64,000 nt of DNA from Candidatus Binatia bacterium (GTDB taxonomy: Bacteria > Desulfobacterota > Binatia > Bin18). This document shows, one piece after another, positions 10,389-21,232 of this stretch. The stretch's first letter is position 1. Each line of letters begins with the position of its first letter. The DNA lies in the NCBI GenBank assembly GCA_963666315.2, contig CAXXHG010000035.1:11800-75799 (forward strand), written 5' to 3'. The position numbers and the translations under genes are program-made. The notes beneath the pieces were generated by a model that saw nothing but the letters and a program-made list of their open reading frames with translations, had not been told where the DNA came from and ran no database searches.

Positions 10389-10541
10389 TAAGAGTGCCTA
10401 ACAGAACTACCTAGAGCCCCTTGTCAACGCCCCAGCCTCTCCCTTCCCGTTTCCACGGGAATGACAGCCCTTCTGTGTCATACCTGCGAAAGCAGGTATC
10501 CAGGCCGACAGGATAAGATGGAGTTTTGTTAGTGGTTCTAA
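10389..10541. mobile_element. MITE-like element, family B copy 1
   Basis: Flanked by TAA/TAA, with imperfect terminal IRs and internal hairpins TTCCCGTTTCCACGGGAA and ATACCTGCGAAAGCAGGTAT; homologous to 36479-36628. Confidence 0.65.
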
Positions 10542-10556
10542 ACAATTTTCTTGTCT

Positions 10557-11428
10557 TCACGCCATGAGTGTGTTTGCAACCTCTTCCAACTGCGCCAGCG
10601 TCTTATCCGTGTCTAGAGCCGTCATAAACAGCACCATTTCTTGCACCCCGAGTTCGCTCAGTTCCGCCAGCTTACCCGGGTTTTCTCGGAGGTCTTTTGG
10701 ATCGCCAGCATAGAGATCGACAACTGCGAAAAATCCCGATCACGTTCAGCCATGAGCTCCTTCAGCTGGCCCATCCGCTCTCGCAACGTCTCAATCGGAA
10801 TCGGGCCGGGCTGCCAGCCATCGCCTAAATCGGCCACGCGTTTAAGGGCAGGCATACTCTCGCCACCAAAGATTATAGGCGGGTGGGGCTTTTGAATCGG
10901 CAGGGGCATGGCATACAGGTCGGGAAAAGAGAAATACTTGCCTTCAAAGCTGGCGGCTTCCTCCTGCCAGACGGCTTTCATGACCTGTAAATACTCTCTG
11001 GTGCGGCTGCCCCGTTCTGAGAACTTTTCTCCCAATGCTTCAAATTCTTCCGCCATCCAGCCAACACCCACACCAAAAAGATAGCGACCATGAGTGGCCA
11101 TATCGACGGTCGCCACCGCCTTGGCCACGGGGAGCGGATTACGGTAGGGAACGACAATCACGCTGGTGCCCAGCTTGATTGTTGTGGTGTGGGCACCAAG
11201 CGCTGCCAATAAGACAAAGGTATCTGGAAAGGGCAGACGACGCGGAAAGCTGGTCGAGCCGTCAGGTGTATATGGATAGGTGGATTCAATTTTTTCCGGG
11301 ATGACAATATGGTCACCCAGCCACGCCGAGTTATAGCCGAGTTCTTCCGCCTTTGTGGCCACGCGAACATAATCATCGATGGTTGGATTCATGCCAACAC
11401 CAAGAGAATAATGGATGCCGAATTTCAT
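10557..11428 (-). CDS. LLM class F420-dependent oxidoreductase (TIGR03619-like), 1-nt frameshift near 10706
   Basis: WLGDHIV and FGVGVGWMAEEF motifs. Adding one G restores ..LGDPKDLRENPGKLAELRELGVQEMVLF..LMA* ending at 10557. Confidence 0.85.
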
Positions 11429-11594
11429 ACGCGCCTCCTTTCTTGTTCCTACCGGATCTCTCCCTGCTCGATGCTATAACACATACTGACGAGTCCTGAC
11501 GAGGGAGACGGCGGCGAAACATTGACAGTTCGACAATGCGCGGCATATGGTGCGGTTCGTTATGAATAATTGATTTCTGCGTAAGGAGGTCTTC

Positions 11595-12473
11595 ATGGAT
11601 ATCGGAAAAGTAGGCGTATGGTTTTTTCTTGATGGAATGCCGGCTCCGGAAAGTGCGGAGTTTGCCCAGACGGTTGAGAAGGCGGGCTATAAAGCGTTGT
11701 GGATACCTGAGGCAGTCGGACGTGAGCCGTTTGCGCATGCCGCGTATCTGCTCAGCAACACGGAGCGTCTGTCTATCGCAACCGGGATTGCCAATATCTG
11801 GGCGCGTGACGCGTATACCATGGCAGCTGCGACGAATACGGTCGCCGAGCTGTCAGGCGGTCGTTTTGTGCTCGGCATCGGGGTAAGTCATAAACCGATT
11901 GTGTCCAACCTACGTGGGCACGACTATAACAAGCCGTATAGTTATATGAAGGAGTACCTGCCCAAGCTCAAGGATATCTTCTATCAGGCACCTAAACCCA
12001 GGACGCCCGCCCCCATCGTCCTTGCGGCGTTGCATCCCAAGATGCTTGCGCTGTCTGCAGAACAGGCTCAGGGCACACATACGTATTTCGTACCGCCGGA
12101 ACACACAGCAAAAGTTCGTGAGCAGATCGGTCCTGAGCCATGGATCTGCGTAGCGCAGGCTGTGGTTCTTGAGAGCGATGCAACCAAGGCGCGTGACGCA
12201 GCACGTCGATATATGAAGACCTACGTCCCCAGGTTACCCAACTATACAAATAATTTGAAAAATCTAGGCTGGTCGGACGCTGATTTCGAGGATGGCTGTA
12301 GTGATGCTCTGGTTGACGCCATTGTTGCCTGGGGCAGCGAAGAGAAGATTCGCGATCGTTTTGATGCGCAGCGCAAAGCCGGTGCGACCCATGTGTGCTT
12401 TTTACCGATCCGGACGGATAATGAGTCGTTGCCTGATCTGCGCGCGGTGGAAGCTTTCGGGCCTGGTGCGTAG
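11595..12473 (+). CDS. LLM class F420-dependent oxidoreductase (TIGR03620-like), paralog of 8576-9448
   Basis: Same motifs and colinear similarity over its full length. Confidence 0.88.
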   Translation: MDIGKVGVWFFLDGMPAPESAEFAQTVEKAGYKALWIPEAVGREPFAHAAYLLSNTERLSIATGIANIWARDAYTMAAATNTVAELSGGRFVLGIGVSHKPIVSNLRGHDYNKPYSYMKEYLPKLKDIFYQAPKPRTPAPIVLAALHPKMLALSAEQAQGTHTYFVPPEHTAKVREQIGPEPWICVAQAVVLESDATKARDAARRYMKTYVPRLPNYTNNLKNLGWSDADFEDGCSDALVDAIVAWGSEEKIRDRFDAQRKAGATHVCFLPIRTDNESLPDLRAVEAFGPGA

Positions 12474-12540
12474 ACCACACTGAGGAGGGTGAGCCCCCGC
12501 CCACCCTCCCAATCCGATCTCAGCCTAGAGCCGTGAATCT

Positions 12541-12840
12541 GTGACTCACAATGAATTGAAACGAATAGCACTGAAACGGCCGAAAGTGAGAGCTGTTTAT
12601 GATGAGTTAGGGCCGGAATTCGAGCTTCTGCGCCAAATGGTGGGAGCACGCCAGGAAGCAGGTCTCACTCAAGCGCAAGTCGCTGAGCGCATGGGCGCAA
12701 AGCCTCCTGCTGTGACGCGTCTCGAATCGTCCCTGAGCAGTGGCAAACATTCGCCTTCTATTGCGACGTTACGGAAATATGCTGAGGCAGTTGGCTGCCG
12801 TCTTGATATTCATATGATCCGAAATCAGCGAGCAGCTTAA
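12541..12840 (+). CDS. XRE family HTH protein (orphan antitoxin-like)
   Basis: ARQEAGLTQAQVAERMG..VTRLES..PSIATLRKYAEAVG. Confidence 0.85.
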   Translation: MTHNELKRIALKRPKVRAVYDELGPEFELLRQMVGARQEAGLTQAQVAERMGAKPPAVTRLESSLSSGKHSPSIATLRKYAEAVGCRLDIHMIRNQRAA

Positions 12841-12842
12841 TA

Positions 12843-14024
12843 TCACCGCCGCAAAATCGCCAAACTGCCATCTCCAAAGTCACCCCAGCCGGTTACCAGG
12901 CCGAGTTGCGCGTCTTGGACCTGACGTTTGCCGCAGTCATGGCGCAGCTGGCGGGTGGCTTCGACGATGTGATTCATGCCGGAGACGTGTGCTTCGGAAT
13001 GCAGCCCGCCATGCGTGTTGATGGGCAGCTCACCTCCGAGTTCCAAACGCCCGTTTTTTACATAATCGGCGACTTCGCCCCGCGCGCAGAGTCCGAGCGC
13101 TTCGAGTTGCAGCAGTACGACATAGGTGAAGCAGTCGTAGACTTGCATGAAGTCGAGATCCTTGAGATCGATGTCGGCCATTTGCAAGGCTTTGGGTGTG
13201 GCGAAGCTCAGGCCAATTTTAAAGGGATCCGGCCGGGCGGGAATATCATCTGCGGGGTAAGGGTGTCCTTCGGCAAGGCCGGACAGATAGACTGGCGTCT
13301 GGCGCAGATCTGTGGCCCGTTCGGTACAGGACACAACAACCGCACACGCCCCGTCGGTTTCCAAACAGCAATCAAAGAGACGGAAGGGTTTGGCGATCCA
13401 ACGCGCATTTAAATAGTCTTCCATAGTGAGCGGCCGGCCGCGCATATAGGCTTTGTCATTCAGCTGGGCGTGCTTGCGCGCGGCGAGGGCGATTGCCCCG
13501 GTAGCCTCGTCTGGCACGTTATAAATCTCTTTGTGTCGCGTGGCGATCCAGGCGTACCACTGCACCGGAACCGATGCACCAAAAGGCAGATAATACTCAT
13601 TCACAGTGTTCATGAGTGTCGCCAGCGCTCCGCCGATGTTGTCTCCCTCGTCGCTGCCAAGACTTCGCACGCGCGCGCCCGAATAGCCTTTCCAGCCAAA
13701 GGGACTCAAGACGTGGTTTGCCACCCCACAGGCGACGGCTAAGGCGGCGCTTTGCAGTGCCGTGACTGGACTGGCGCCGCCCATATGAACCGTGGTGGCG
13801 TAGCGCAAGTCTTCAATACCCAAATTGGCCGCAAAATGTTCAGACGTCGCATGGGGCGTAGGCGGCGGAATGACACCATCTATGTCGTGTGGGCTGAGAC
13901 CTGCATCGGCAATAGCGTTTATAGAGGCTTCCAGCATGAGGGCGAATTCGGTTTTGTCCGTACCGCGTGTAAATGCAGTTTCGCCAACGCCGGTGATACA
14001 GGCTTGATCTTGGAGTGAGGACAT
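12843..14024 (-). CDS. Thiolase-like protein (SCP-x/Ltp2 type)
   Basis: Reverse complement from 14024 gives [15 protein letters not shown] and ends [18 protein letters not shown] at 12843, so the track's + label is wrong. [12 protein letters not shown] and NTHGG motifs. Confidence 0.9.
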   Translation of the reverse strand: MSSLQDQACITGVGETAFTRGTDKTEFALMLEASINAIADAGLSPHDIDGVIPPPTPHATSEHFAANLGIEDLRYATTVHMGGASPVTALQSAALAVACGVANHVLSPFGWKGYSGARVRSLGSDEGDNIGGALATLMNTVNEYYLPFGASVPVQWYAWIATRHKEIYNVPDEATGAIALAARKHAQLNDKAYMRGRPLTMEDYLNARWIAKPFRLFDCCLETDGACAVVVSCTERATDLRQTPVYLSGLAEGHPYPADDIPARPDPFKIGLSFATPKALQMADIDLKDLDFMQVYDCFTYVVLLQLEALGLCARGEVADYVKNGRLELGGELPINTHGGLHSEAHVSGMNHIVEATRQLRHDCGKRQVQDAQLGLVTGWGDFGDGSLAILRR

Positions 14025-14132
14025 TGTTTTCTCCGAGTTTGCTTCGATAACCTTGAGGACAGCAGATAAAGTGGCGATGCCGGGAAACCCACCCCGGCGC
14101 TACGCGCCACCCCTCCAGGGAGGGGATTCTCT

Positions 14133-14684
14133 TTAGAAGCCTTTGACGCCCTTGTCTAATTGCACGCCGAAGGTGTTGAGAGCCATGGACACCATATTGT
14201 ACTGACCGACGGTGAAGACCACGTCCATGAGCTGCCGGGTATCATAGCGCTCGCTCAGGGCTGCCCAAGTGGCATCGCTGATAAGCGCGTCTGCGTGCAA
14301 CTCGTTGGCTGCGCGTAAGAGAGTGGCATCGAACGGGTCCCAGCCCCCGGCGTCTGGGCCCTCTTTGATCCGTGCGATCTCTTCGTCGGTCAGACCGGCT
14401 CCTTTGCCGAAAAAGACATGCTGGCCCCACTCATATTCAGCCTGACACAACCAGCCGATACGCAATATTAATAGCTCACGCTCGCGTGGCACTAAAGTCG
14501 AGGTGTCGCCCATAATGTGATAGGCCCAGACCTGGAATTTCTTTGACGCCTCCCAATGCCGGGCCAGAGTACCAATCACATTGTATACGCGTCCCTCACG
14601 ATAATGGGGCTCCAGCGTCTCGCGTTGTTCGTCGGTCCATTCGTCTTGTGTCAGCGGCGTAATCCGTGCTTGTGAGAGTTTCAT
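14133..14684 (-). CDS. CMD family protein
   Basis: RERELLILRIGWLCQAEYEWGQH; GGAGG RBS before 14684. Confidence 0.85.
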   Translation of the reverse strand: MKLSQARITPLTQDEWTDEQRETLEPHYREGRVYNVIGTLARHWEASKKFQVWAYHIMGDTSTLVPRERELLILRIGWLCQAEYEWGQHVFFGKGAGLTDEEIARIKEGPDAGGWDPFDATLLRAANELHADALISDATWAALSERYDTRQLMDVVFTVGQYNMVSMALNTFGVQLDKGVKGF

Positions 14685-14793
14685 TCGTATTCCTCCTGTG
14701 AACACGTTCTATAGAAGAGACAGGGAAAGACGCAAGTCTCGTATTGCCTTTGACAGCTTGCCTTGTGTCTCAGGCTTGGTCTATAGAAAGAGT

Positions 14794-16503
14794 ATGCAAT
14801 ACGATCTGATTATTAAAAACGGTACCGTTGTTGACGGTTCAGGACTGCCCCGTTTTCAGGCTGACGTGGGTATCGTCCAGGGCAAAATCGCCGCGATTGG
14901 AAGAATCCGCGATAGCGCTCAAGAGGTCATCGATGCTGAAGGTTATGTCGTAGCCCCGGGATTTGTCGACGTTCACACCCATATGGACGCCCAGGTGTTT
15001 TGGGATCCACTCGGGACCTGTTCCTGCTGGCACGGCATCACCAGCGTAGTCATGGGAAATTGCGGCTTTTCTCTTGCGCCGTGCGCCGAGAAGGACAAAC
15101 TCCTAGTGATGCGGAATCTTGAGCGGGCGGAAGATATCGCGCCTGAAGCTATGCAGGCGGGCATTCCGTGGAGTTGGACGACCTATCCTGAGTACTTGGA
15201 TGCCGTTGACCAACTTCCCAAAGGCATTAACTACGCCGCCTATATCGGTCACTCCGCGCTACGCACCTATGTGATGGGCGAACGAGCGTTCACACAAGAA
15301 GCGAGTTCGGAAGATTTGGAGGCGATGAAGCACGAAGTCGGCGGTGCTATTCAGGCTGGTGCGATCGGCTTTACTACTTCACGTACCCATAACCATCAGA
15401 CCCCGGACGGACAACCTGTTGCCAGCCGTCTGGCCACGTGGGAAGAAGTCCGGCAATTGGTCGGCGTCATGGGTGAGTTGAATGCCGGCGTATTTGAAAT
15501 CGCGAACGAAGACGCCCGGTTCGATCCCGAACGGATTGACGAATATCTTGGTCGGCTGAAAGCACTAGCGGTCGATACTGGCGTACCGGTCACATTTGGC
15601 ATGTTCAGCAGCCGCCAGGCGCCAAATATGTGGCAGCCGTTCTTTGCCCTGGCGGACGAGACCGCGTCAGGTGGCGGACGTATCTTTATTCAAGTGCACA
15701 GCCGTCCGCTGAATGTGGTGCTATCGTTCGAGACTGCCACGCCGTTTGACAAACTGCCGGTCTGGCGCGATATCCGTAAGCTACCGTTAGCGGAACAGGC
15801 AGCCGCCCTGCGTAATCCAGAAACGCGCAGCAAACTCATCGAAGCGGCCCATCATTCTCCACGAGATCAAAATCGTGGAATCGGAGCTGAACCGCGTGCG
15901 GCTAATTTTAAGTGGCTGTTTGTCATGGATTCTGCCCTCCCGCCGTACCGTTCGATTGCCGAGATAGCCGCTGAGCGCAATCAAGACCAAGTCGCGGTGT
16001 TTATCGATCTCGCGCTGGACAAGAACCTCAAACAATTCTTCCTTCAACCTTTGGTTAACCAAAATCAGGATCATGTGCTGGAAATGATGCGGCATCCGCG
16101 ATCTGTGGTTACCTTTTCAGATTCCGGTGCGCATGTGTCGCAGATCATGGACTCCTCGCTGCAGAGGCATGTGTTGGGCCATTGGGTACGAGAAAAACAA
16201 GCACTGACATTAGAAGATGCGGTGCGGCAGCTCAGCTTTGTGCCAGCCTCCCACTGGGGGTTGACTGGTCGAGGCCTGTTACGTGAAGGGTGGAATGCGG
16301 ACGTAGTAATCTTCGATCCTGAGACCGTTGCACCGCAGTTGCCAGAACTCACCTATGATCTGCCGGCAGGCGCCCGGCGGCTCAAGCAAAAGGCCGATGG
16401 CTTTCTTGCTACAGTCGTTAACGGTGAGGTTGTGTTGCGTAATAATGAACACACAGGCGCGTTGCCTGGTCAGCTGCTGCGCGGTCCGTTGGCCTCTGGC
16501 TAA
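14794..16503 (+). CDS. N-acyl-D-amino-acid deacylase family amidohydrolase
   Basis: APGFVDVHTHMD, GNCGF and SDSGAH motifs. Confidence 0.9.
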   Translation: MQYDLIIKNGTVVDGSGLPRFQADVGIVQGKIAAIGRIRDSAQEVIDAEGYVVAPGFVDVHTHMDAQVFWDPLGTCSCWHGITSVVMGNCGFSLAPCAEKDKLLVMRNLERAEDIAPEAMQAGIPWSWTTYPEYLDAVDQLPKGINYAAYIGHSALRTYVMGERAFTQEASSEDLEAMKHEVGGAIQAGAIGFTTSRTHNHQTPDGQPVASRLATWEEVRQLVGVMGELNAGVFEIANEDARFDPERIDEYLGRLKALAVDTGVPVTFGMFSSRQAPNMWQPFFALADETASGGGRIFIQVHSRPLNVVLSFETATPFDKLPVWRDIRKLPLAEQAAALRNPETRSKLIEAAHHSPRDQNRGIGAEPRAANFKWLFVMDSALPPYRSIAEIAAERNQDQVAVFIDLALDKNLKQFFLQPLVNQNQDHVLEMMRHPRSVVTFSDSGAHVSQIMDSSLQRHVLGHWVREKQALTLEDAVRQLSFVPASHWGLTGRGLLREGWNADVVIFDPETVAPQLPELTYDLPAGARRLKQKADGFLATVVNGEVVLRNNEHTGALPGQLLRGPLASG

Positions 16504-16509
16504 GAAGTA

Positions 16510-16692
16510 CAGTTTCAGGGCACCTCCTTGGGAATAGGAATTCCCTCGCCCCTTTGGGGAGAGGGCGGCGACCACGTAGTGGACGCGGGTGAGGGGAATG
16601 GAATGAGATTTTACCCACCATCACCTCAATCCTCGCCCGCCAGCGGGCGAGGAGGCCAATCGGATTCCCAAAGAGGTTAACTGTTTTTGTCC
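16510..16692. repeat. ~180-bp dispersed palindromic element, copy 1
   Basis: Colinear with 51137-51312; subterminal IR ACCTCCTTGGGAAT / ATTCCCAAAGAGGT plus internal hairpins. Confidence 0.75.
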
Positions 16693-17999
16693 TAGCCAGC
16701 CTGCGGCTCCGGAGCCATCGCCGCGGCACCTGCGCCTACGAAAAACACACCAACGCAAGATAGAAACGCCCAGTCGTAACTGCCAGTGTTATCGTAAATC
16801 GCGCCGGCAATGATCGGTCCCAACGCTCCCCCAAGACTGAGTCCCAACATACCCAGTACACCGGCAATCGCCCCAAAAGACTGCTGACCAAAATTATGCC
16901 CGACCGTCAAAGGCCACAGCACGATCATGCCTCCATAGCCAAGTCCAAAGAGCGGCACAAACAGCGCCAGCGCCCAAAACCCGAGGCTATCTAGATAGGG
17001 TAAAGCTCCGATGCCGACTGCCTGCAGGCAGAGACACCCGGCCAGGATAGAGTGTGGATGGCGAACGTGTTCGCTGACCCAACCTGCCACAAACCGCCCA
17101 GCCATACTCATGCCTAAGGAGATTCCAGTAATCGTTGCAGCACGCTCGAGGGTATATCCGGCATCCTGTAAAAATGCGACCTGGTGAGCGTGCACGGCCC
17201 CCGCCGCCATCAGCCCCAGACCGAATGCGACCGCCAACAGCCAAAAGGTCGATGTGGATAGCGCCTGCCTGAGTGTCCAATCTTGAGACCTCGGCTCTTG
17301 CTTTTGCTCCGGCGCCATTGGCGCAGTTGTCTGTGCAGGGCTGTCCTGCCCTAAAGGTCTCAGTCCCTTTTCCTCTGGGGTATTGACGACAAAAAACCAC
17401 ACCAGGGGCAGCATTCCGCCCAGCGATAATGCGGCTAAGACCTGATACGCCACTCGCCAACTGTATTCGGCGATCAAAAAACCGCACAGCGGTACGAGCA
17501 CAAGTCCGCCACCGCTCGCGCCGACCAAGGCGATGCCCATTGCGCGGCCGCGCTTGGCCACAAACCATCGGGTAACGACCTTGCCGACGGGCATGGGTCC
17601 GATCCCCGCCAATCCCACGCCCAAAAATAGGTATAAGGAATAGAAGCCGGTTAGGCTGTGTACCGTGCTGAGCAACAGCAGGGCTACCCCGTCGATGAGG
17701 GCGCTTAGTAGAAAGACCCAGCGGGCACCAACATGATCGATGAGCCAACCCCAGAAGGGCAGGACCAGGCCGGCAACGAGCAGATACAGAGAGAAGGCGG
17801 TAGCCGTCTCGGCCCGCGACCAACCAAACTCCTGAGTGAGGGGTTTGAGAAAAGTCGAGAAGGTATAGGTGAACCCACCGTCGATGATGGAGATAAAAAA
17901 CAGGATGCCAACAATCAGCCAGCCATAGAAGAAACGTTCATCGCGGTCTGCTGTCCCGCCATCTATGTTGGCGTCGTCCAAAGGACTTGGCTCTCGCAT
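16692..17999 (-). CDS. MFS transporter
   Basis: About 12 hydrophobic segments; GWLIDHVGAR motif A; WF..KRGRAMG. Confidence 0.92.
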   Translation of the reverse strand: MREPSPLDDANIDGGTADRDERFFYGWLIVGILFFISIIDGGFTYTFSTFLKPLTQEFGWSRAETATAFSLYLLVAGLVLPFWGWLIDHVGARWVFLLSALIDGVALLLLSTVHSLTGFYSLYLFLGVGLAGIGPMPVGKVVTRWFVAKRGRAMGIALVGASGGGLVLVPLCGFLIAEYSWRVAYQVLAALSLGGMLPLVWFFVVNTPEEKGLRPLGQDSPAQTTAPMAPEQKQEPRSQDWTLRQALSTSTFWLLAVAFGLGLMAAGAVHAHQVAFLQDAGYTLERAATITGISLGMSMAGRFVAGWVSEHVRHPHSILAGCLCLQAVGIGALPYLDSLGFWALALFVPLFGLGYGGMIVLWPLTVGHNFGQQSFGAIAGVLGMLGLSLGGALGPIIAGAIYDNTGSYDWAFLSCVGVFFVGAGAAAMAPEPQAG

Positions 18000-18040
18000 C
18001 AGCCGCGATTAGATAGGCGAAGGCTTGGTCTGTCAATCTG

Positions 18041-18080
18041 AACAAAAAGAAAGGGCTGAGAAGGAAACCTCTCTCAGCCC
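18041..18080 (-). terminator. Probable intrinsic terminator
   Basis: GGGCTGAGA/TCTCAGCCC stem followed by a T-rich tract on the minus strand, downstream of the gene ending at 18145. Confidence 0.55.
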
Positions 18081-18144
18081 CGAAGAGTGTTGTAAAATCC
18101 GCTCACCCTTCGACAGGCTCAGGGCGAACGGCCTGAGTCGTTTC

Positions 18145-19894
18145 TTATACGACCGCCTGACCACTCCGCAGCAGCGTACCTGGCGTAGCGTTGGTGCATG
18201 CGCCGTCTTCGAATGTCACCTCACCGTTGACCATGGTCCAGCGATAGCCTTCCGCCTTCTGCACGCGCCGCCACTCACCGGCTGGCAGATCATGGACAAC
18301 TTCTGAAGGCAAGATCTTCAAGTTGTCTAGATCATACACGATGACATCGGCCGCCATGCCTGGACGCAGACAGCCGCGGTCCTTAATGCGTGCCGCCCAG
18401 GCCGTCAGGTAGCTCAAGCGATAGTGGGCTTCTTCCAGCGTCATGACTTCTGAATCGCGGACCATCCAGGTGATCATATCCGCGGAATAGGTGCTTGGAG
18501 TGATGAACTTGATGTGCGCCCCACCATCCGACACCCCAGGCAGGGTGTAGGGAGAAGCCATGATCTCGCGGTAGTTTTCCACATCATTGTTGAGTAGAGG
18601 TCCGGCCCACTCGGTTTTGAGATTGTCAGCCACGGTCAGATCCAACATGGCATCAATGACGTGCTTGCCTTCCTGCTCGGCAATCTGCTCGACCGACAAA
18701 CCCTCATATTTTTCCTTGAGGTCTGGCGTGCGGACCTTGCGGGCGATAAATTCCGTGAGTTCGCCAAATAAGAAATCACGGGACTTTGTGCCGGCATCAT
18801 ACTCTTCGCGCATGGCCGCGCGGATACGCGGATCGGCCAGCTTGGTCCTCTTCTCTTCAACCGTTCCCGTGGTCGCCTCACGCCAGGCCTCGCTGTCATC
18901 AAACAGGTTCCAGTCTTCGAAGTTGATGCGGTTGGGCGCCCGCGCCGTCGCGGCCTGTCCAAAGATCTGGATGCCCTTTTTGTTGGCCTCGGCCAGCCAG
19001 CGTAGCTGGGCTCGAAAGACATGCGGGAATTTGTCATTCACCGCCACAGCGTTGAACAACACCGAGCAGCCACTTTCTTCGGACAACCGGGCGTTGAAAT
19101 TAAAGTCGTTGTGCATGCCGGCCTTGGGATCGTCGACGCCGACACTCGACCGGGTAAACTGGATGCACCCCTCACCACCCGCTCACCAAGCCCCCGGGCC
19201 ATGGCGATATAGAAATCGTCCGGCAGCATGTCGGTGATCATCGGCGTGCCGTCAAAGTCACGTTGAACAGCGGACGAGCCGCCGGGCACCAGCTGCTGAG
19301 CCGACCAGCCGTTCGCACCAGCATCCATGGCTCATGCATCAGGCGGACAATCTGTTGCGTTTCCTTCTCGTTTGGCAAGCGTTCCTTGGCCTCTGCAAAG
19401 CTGCCCAAGGCATAGGCCACGGCCGGTCCGAGGGGGAGGAAGTGGGAAATATTGATCCCCTTGGGTAAGGCATCGATGCGGTCCATGTATTGGGGAAAGG
19501 TTTCCCAGTCCCATGCCATTGAGACCTACATCGGCTCCATGGGGATAGCCTCGTTGCGGGATAACGACAGCATAGCTCGCTCGGTATCCTTGGGGTGGAC
19601 AGGGGCAAAGCCAAAGCCACAGTTCCCGACGGTGACCGAGGTGACCCCATGCCCGCTGGAGATGGTCAGATACGGGTCCCAGTGAATCTGGGCATCATAG
19701 TGGGTGTGCAGATCAATGCCGCCCGGCGCGACGATCAGCCCACGCGCATCCAAGACCTTTTCGGCGTCGCTGGTATTCAGGCGGCCGATCTCGGCGATCT
19801 TGCCATTCTTAATGCAAATGTCGCCTCTATAACGCGGGACACGGGTGCCATCGACAATCGTGCCATCTTTAATAATCGTATCGAACTGAGCCAT
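18145..19894 (-). pseudogene. N-acyl-D-amino-acid deacylase family amidohydrolase, disrupted
   Basis: Four colinear fragments (DLHTHYD, GNCGF, SDGGAH); in-frame TAG at 19526 and frameshifts near 19330 and 19180. Confidence 0.85.
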
Positions 19895-20002
19895 AATCCC
19901 TCCTCCTTTTGCTTTGCAGTCTCTACGATGCGTCAGCATGGAATATCTGGGCGCGCGCTGTCAATGGTTGGGTAAGAAACGGTCCTAGGCGGATTTTAGG
20001 GT

Positions 20003-20059
20003 GTAGGGGCGGGTCTTGTGCCCGCCCGAGTTCGGGCACCCACAAGAGGTGCCCCTACG
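20003..20059. repeat. REP-like inverted doublet
   Basis: GTAGGGGCGGGTCTTGTGCCCGCCC ... GGGCACCCACAAGAGGTGCCCCTAC. Confidence 0.65.
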
Positions 20060-20060
20060 G

Positions 20061-20589
20061 TTAGACAACCGGATCTGCTTGGCAAGCTGCAAGCAGATCA
20101 CATACATCCTCAGGCTCGGCATTGCCCCAATCGGCGGCTTCATGTGGATTGCGGCCCATCTCTTTAACCGCGTCGATGGCGTCTTTGACTGGTAATCCCC
20201 GACCGAAGACTAACCATGCCGCGAGTACCTGACCCGCGCCCTCTGCCGCCGTAACAATGCACCACAACAGGCGCTTGTTTTTCGGCGGCTTCTTTTAAAA
20301 AGGGCAGAATGCGTTTTTTCATGGGGTCGATATCACACAGATGATAGTCGGGTATCGGAGCCCAACAAATATTGTCTGGCCCAAACTCTCTCTTGTAGAC
20401 TTCTAGGAGGTCTTCTTTATACGCACACAGCTGCTCTTGAGGCAGCAAACAGCAGACACGTTTGACGCCGTGTTTCTGCATATAGGCGACCCATTCGTTA
20501 ATGCGAAGCTTAGAAAAGGCGGGACCCCGAGCCCCAAAGACAAGCGGCTCATCTTGTGCGGCTGGACTGAAGCGGAAATTTGTCGGCAT
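20061..20589 (-). pseudogene. Dual-specificity/tyrosine protein phosphatase, frameshifted
   Basis: VVHCYGGRGR (CX5R motif) continues in another frame as GQVLAAWL. Confidence 0.8.
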
Positions 20590-20597
20590 GCTGTCCT

Positions 20598-21101
20598 TTA
20601 CGCTTTCTTGAACTCCATAAATTCTAAGACTGTGCCGTCCGGATCGGTGCAGCAGAAAAACGTTTGCCTTGTGCCACCCAAGCCGGTTTCGTGCGGTTCG
20701 GTGAATGGCTCGACCCCGCGGGTCTTCAGTTCTTTATACGCCTGCCAGGCATCTTTGACTTTGAAACAAATGCGGGCAATACCGAGATGGGCGAGGTGGG
20801 GATAAGGTTGGCCTTCGGCTTTGGGGTCGATCCACTCAATCAAGTCGAGCCGAGTCGCGCGTGGGTCATCGCCAAGGACGAGCAGCCGCGCCCGCCCACG
20901 ACTCTCTTCGGGCAGACCCAGGGCTGGGCCCAAGCCCGGCTCAACCGGCGCCTTTTTTTCGTCGATCTTTTTGGTTGCCAGTGCATTCGTCTTTTTATTG
21001 AAATCCAGCAGCTCCTTAAACCCGATCGCTTTGTAAAATTCCAGCGACCGGTCCAGATTTGAGCAGTTCACATTGATGTGAAAGATTTGCAGATTTTCCA
21101 T
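20598..21101 (-). CDS. VOC (glyoxalase-like) family protein
   Basis: FHINVNCSNLDRSLEFY and DPDGTVLEF motifs. Confidence 0.88.
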   Translation of the reverse strand: MENLQIFHINVNCSNLDRSLEFYKAIGFKELLDFNKKTNALATKKIDEKKAPVEPGLGPALGLPEESRGRARLLVLGDDPRATRLDLIEWIDPKAEGQPYPHLAHLGIARICFKVKDAWQAYKELKTRGVEPFTEPHETGLGGTRQTFFCCTDPDGTVLEFMEFKKA

Positions 21102-21232
21102 TACGAGGCCCTCCTGTGTTGTTTTTCTTATCTGCCACACCGTCGTCAACACTGTGCTGTCAAACTGAAGCGCGTCACACATATTGCCTTACGTGTCACT
21201 AGGGTTCATTTTGTAACAAAGGGGGACTAACA

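Noticed and set aside
12843-14024. Track label of + strand for the 393-aa ORF
   Set aside because: The listed protein is only obtained from the reverse complement, so it is annotated on the minus strand.
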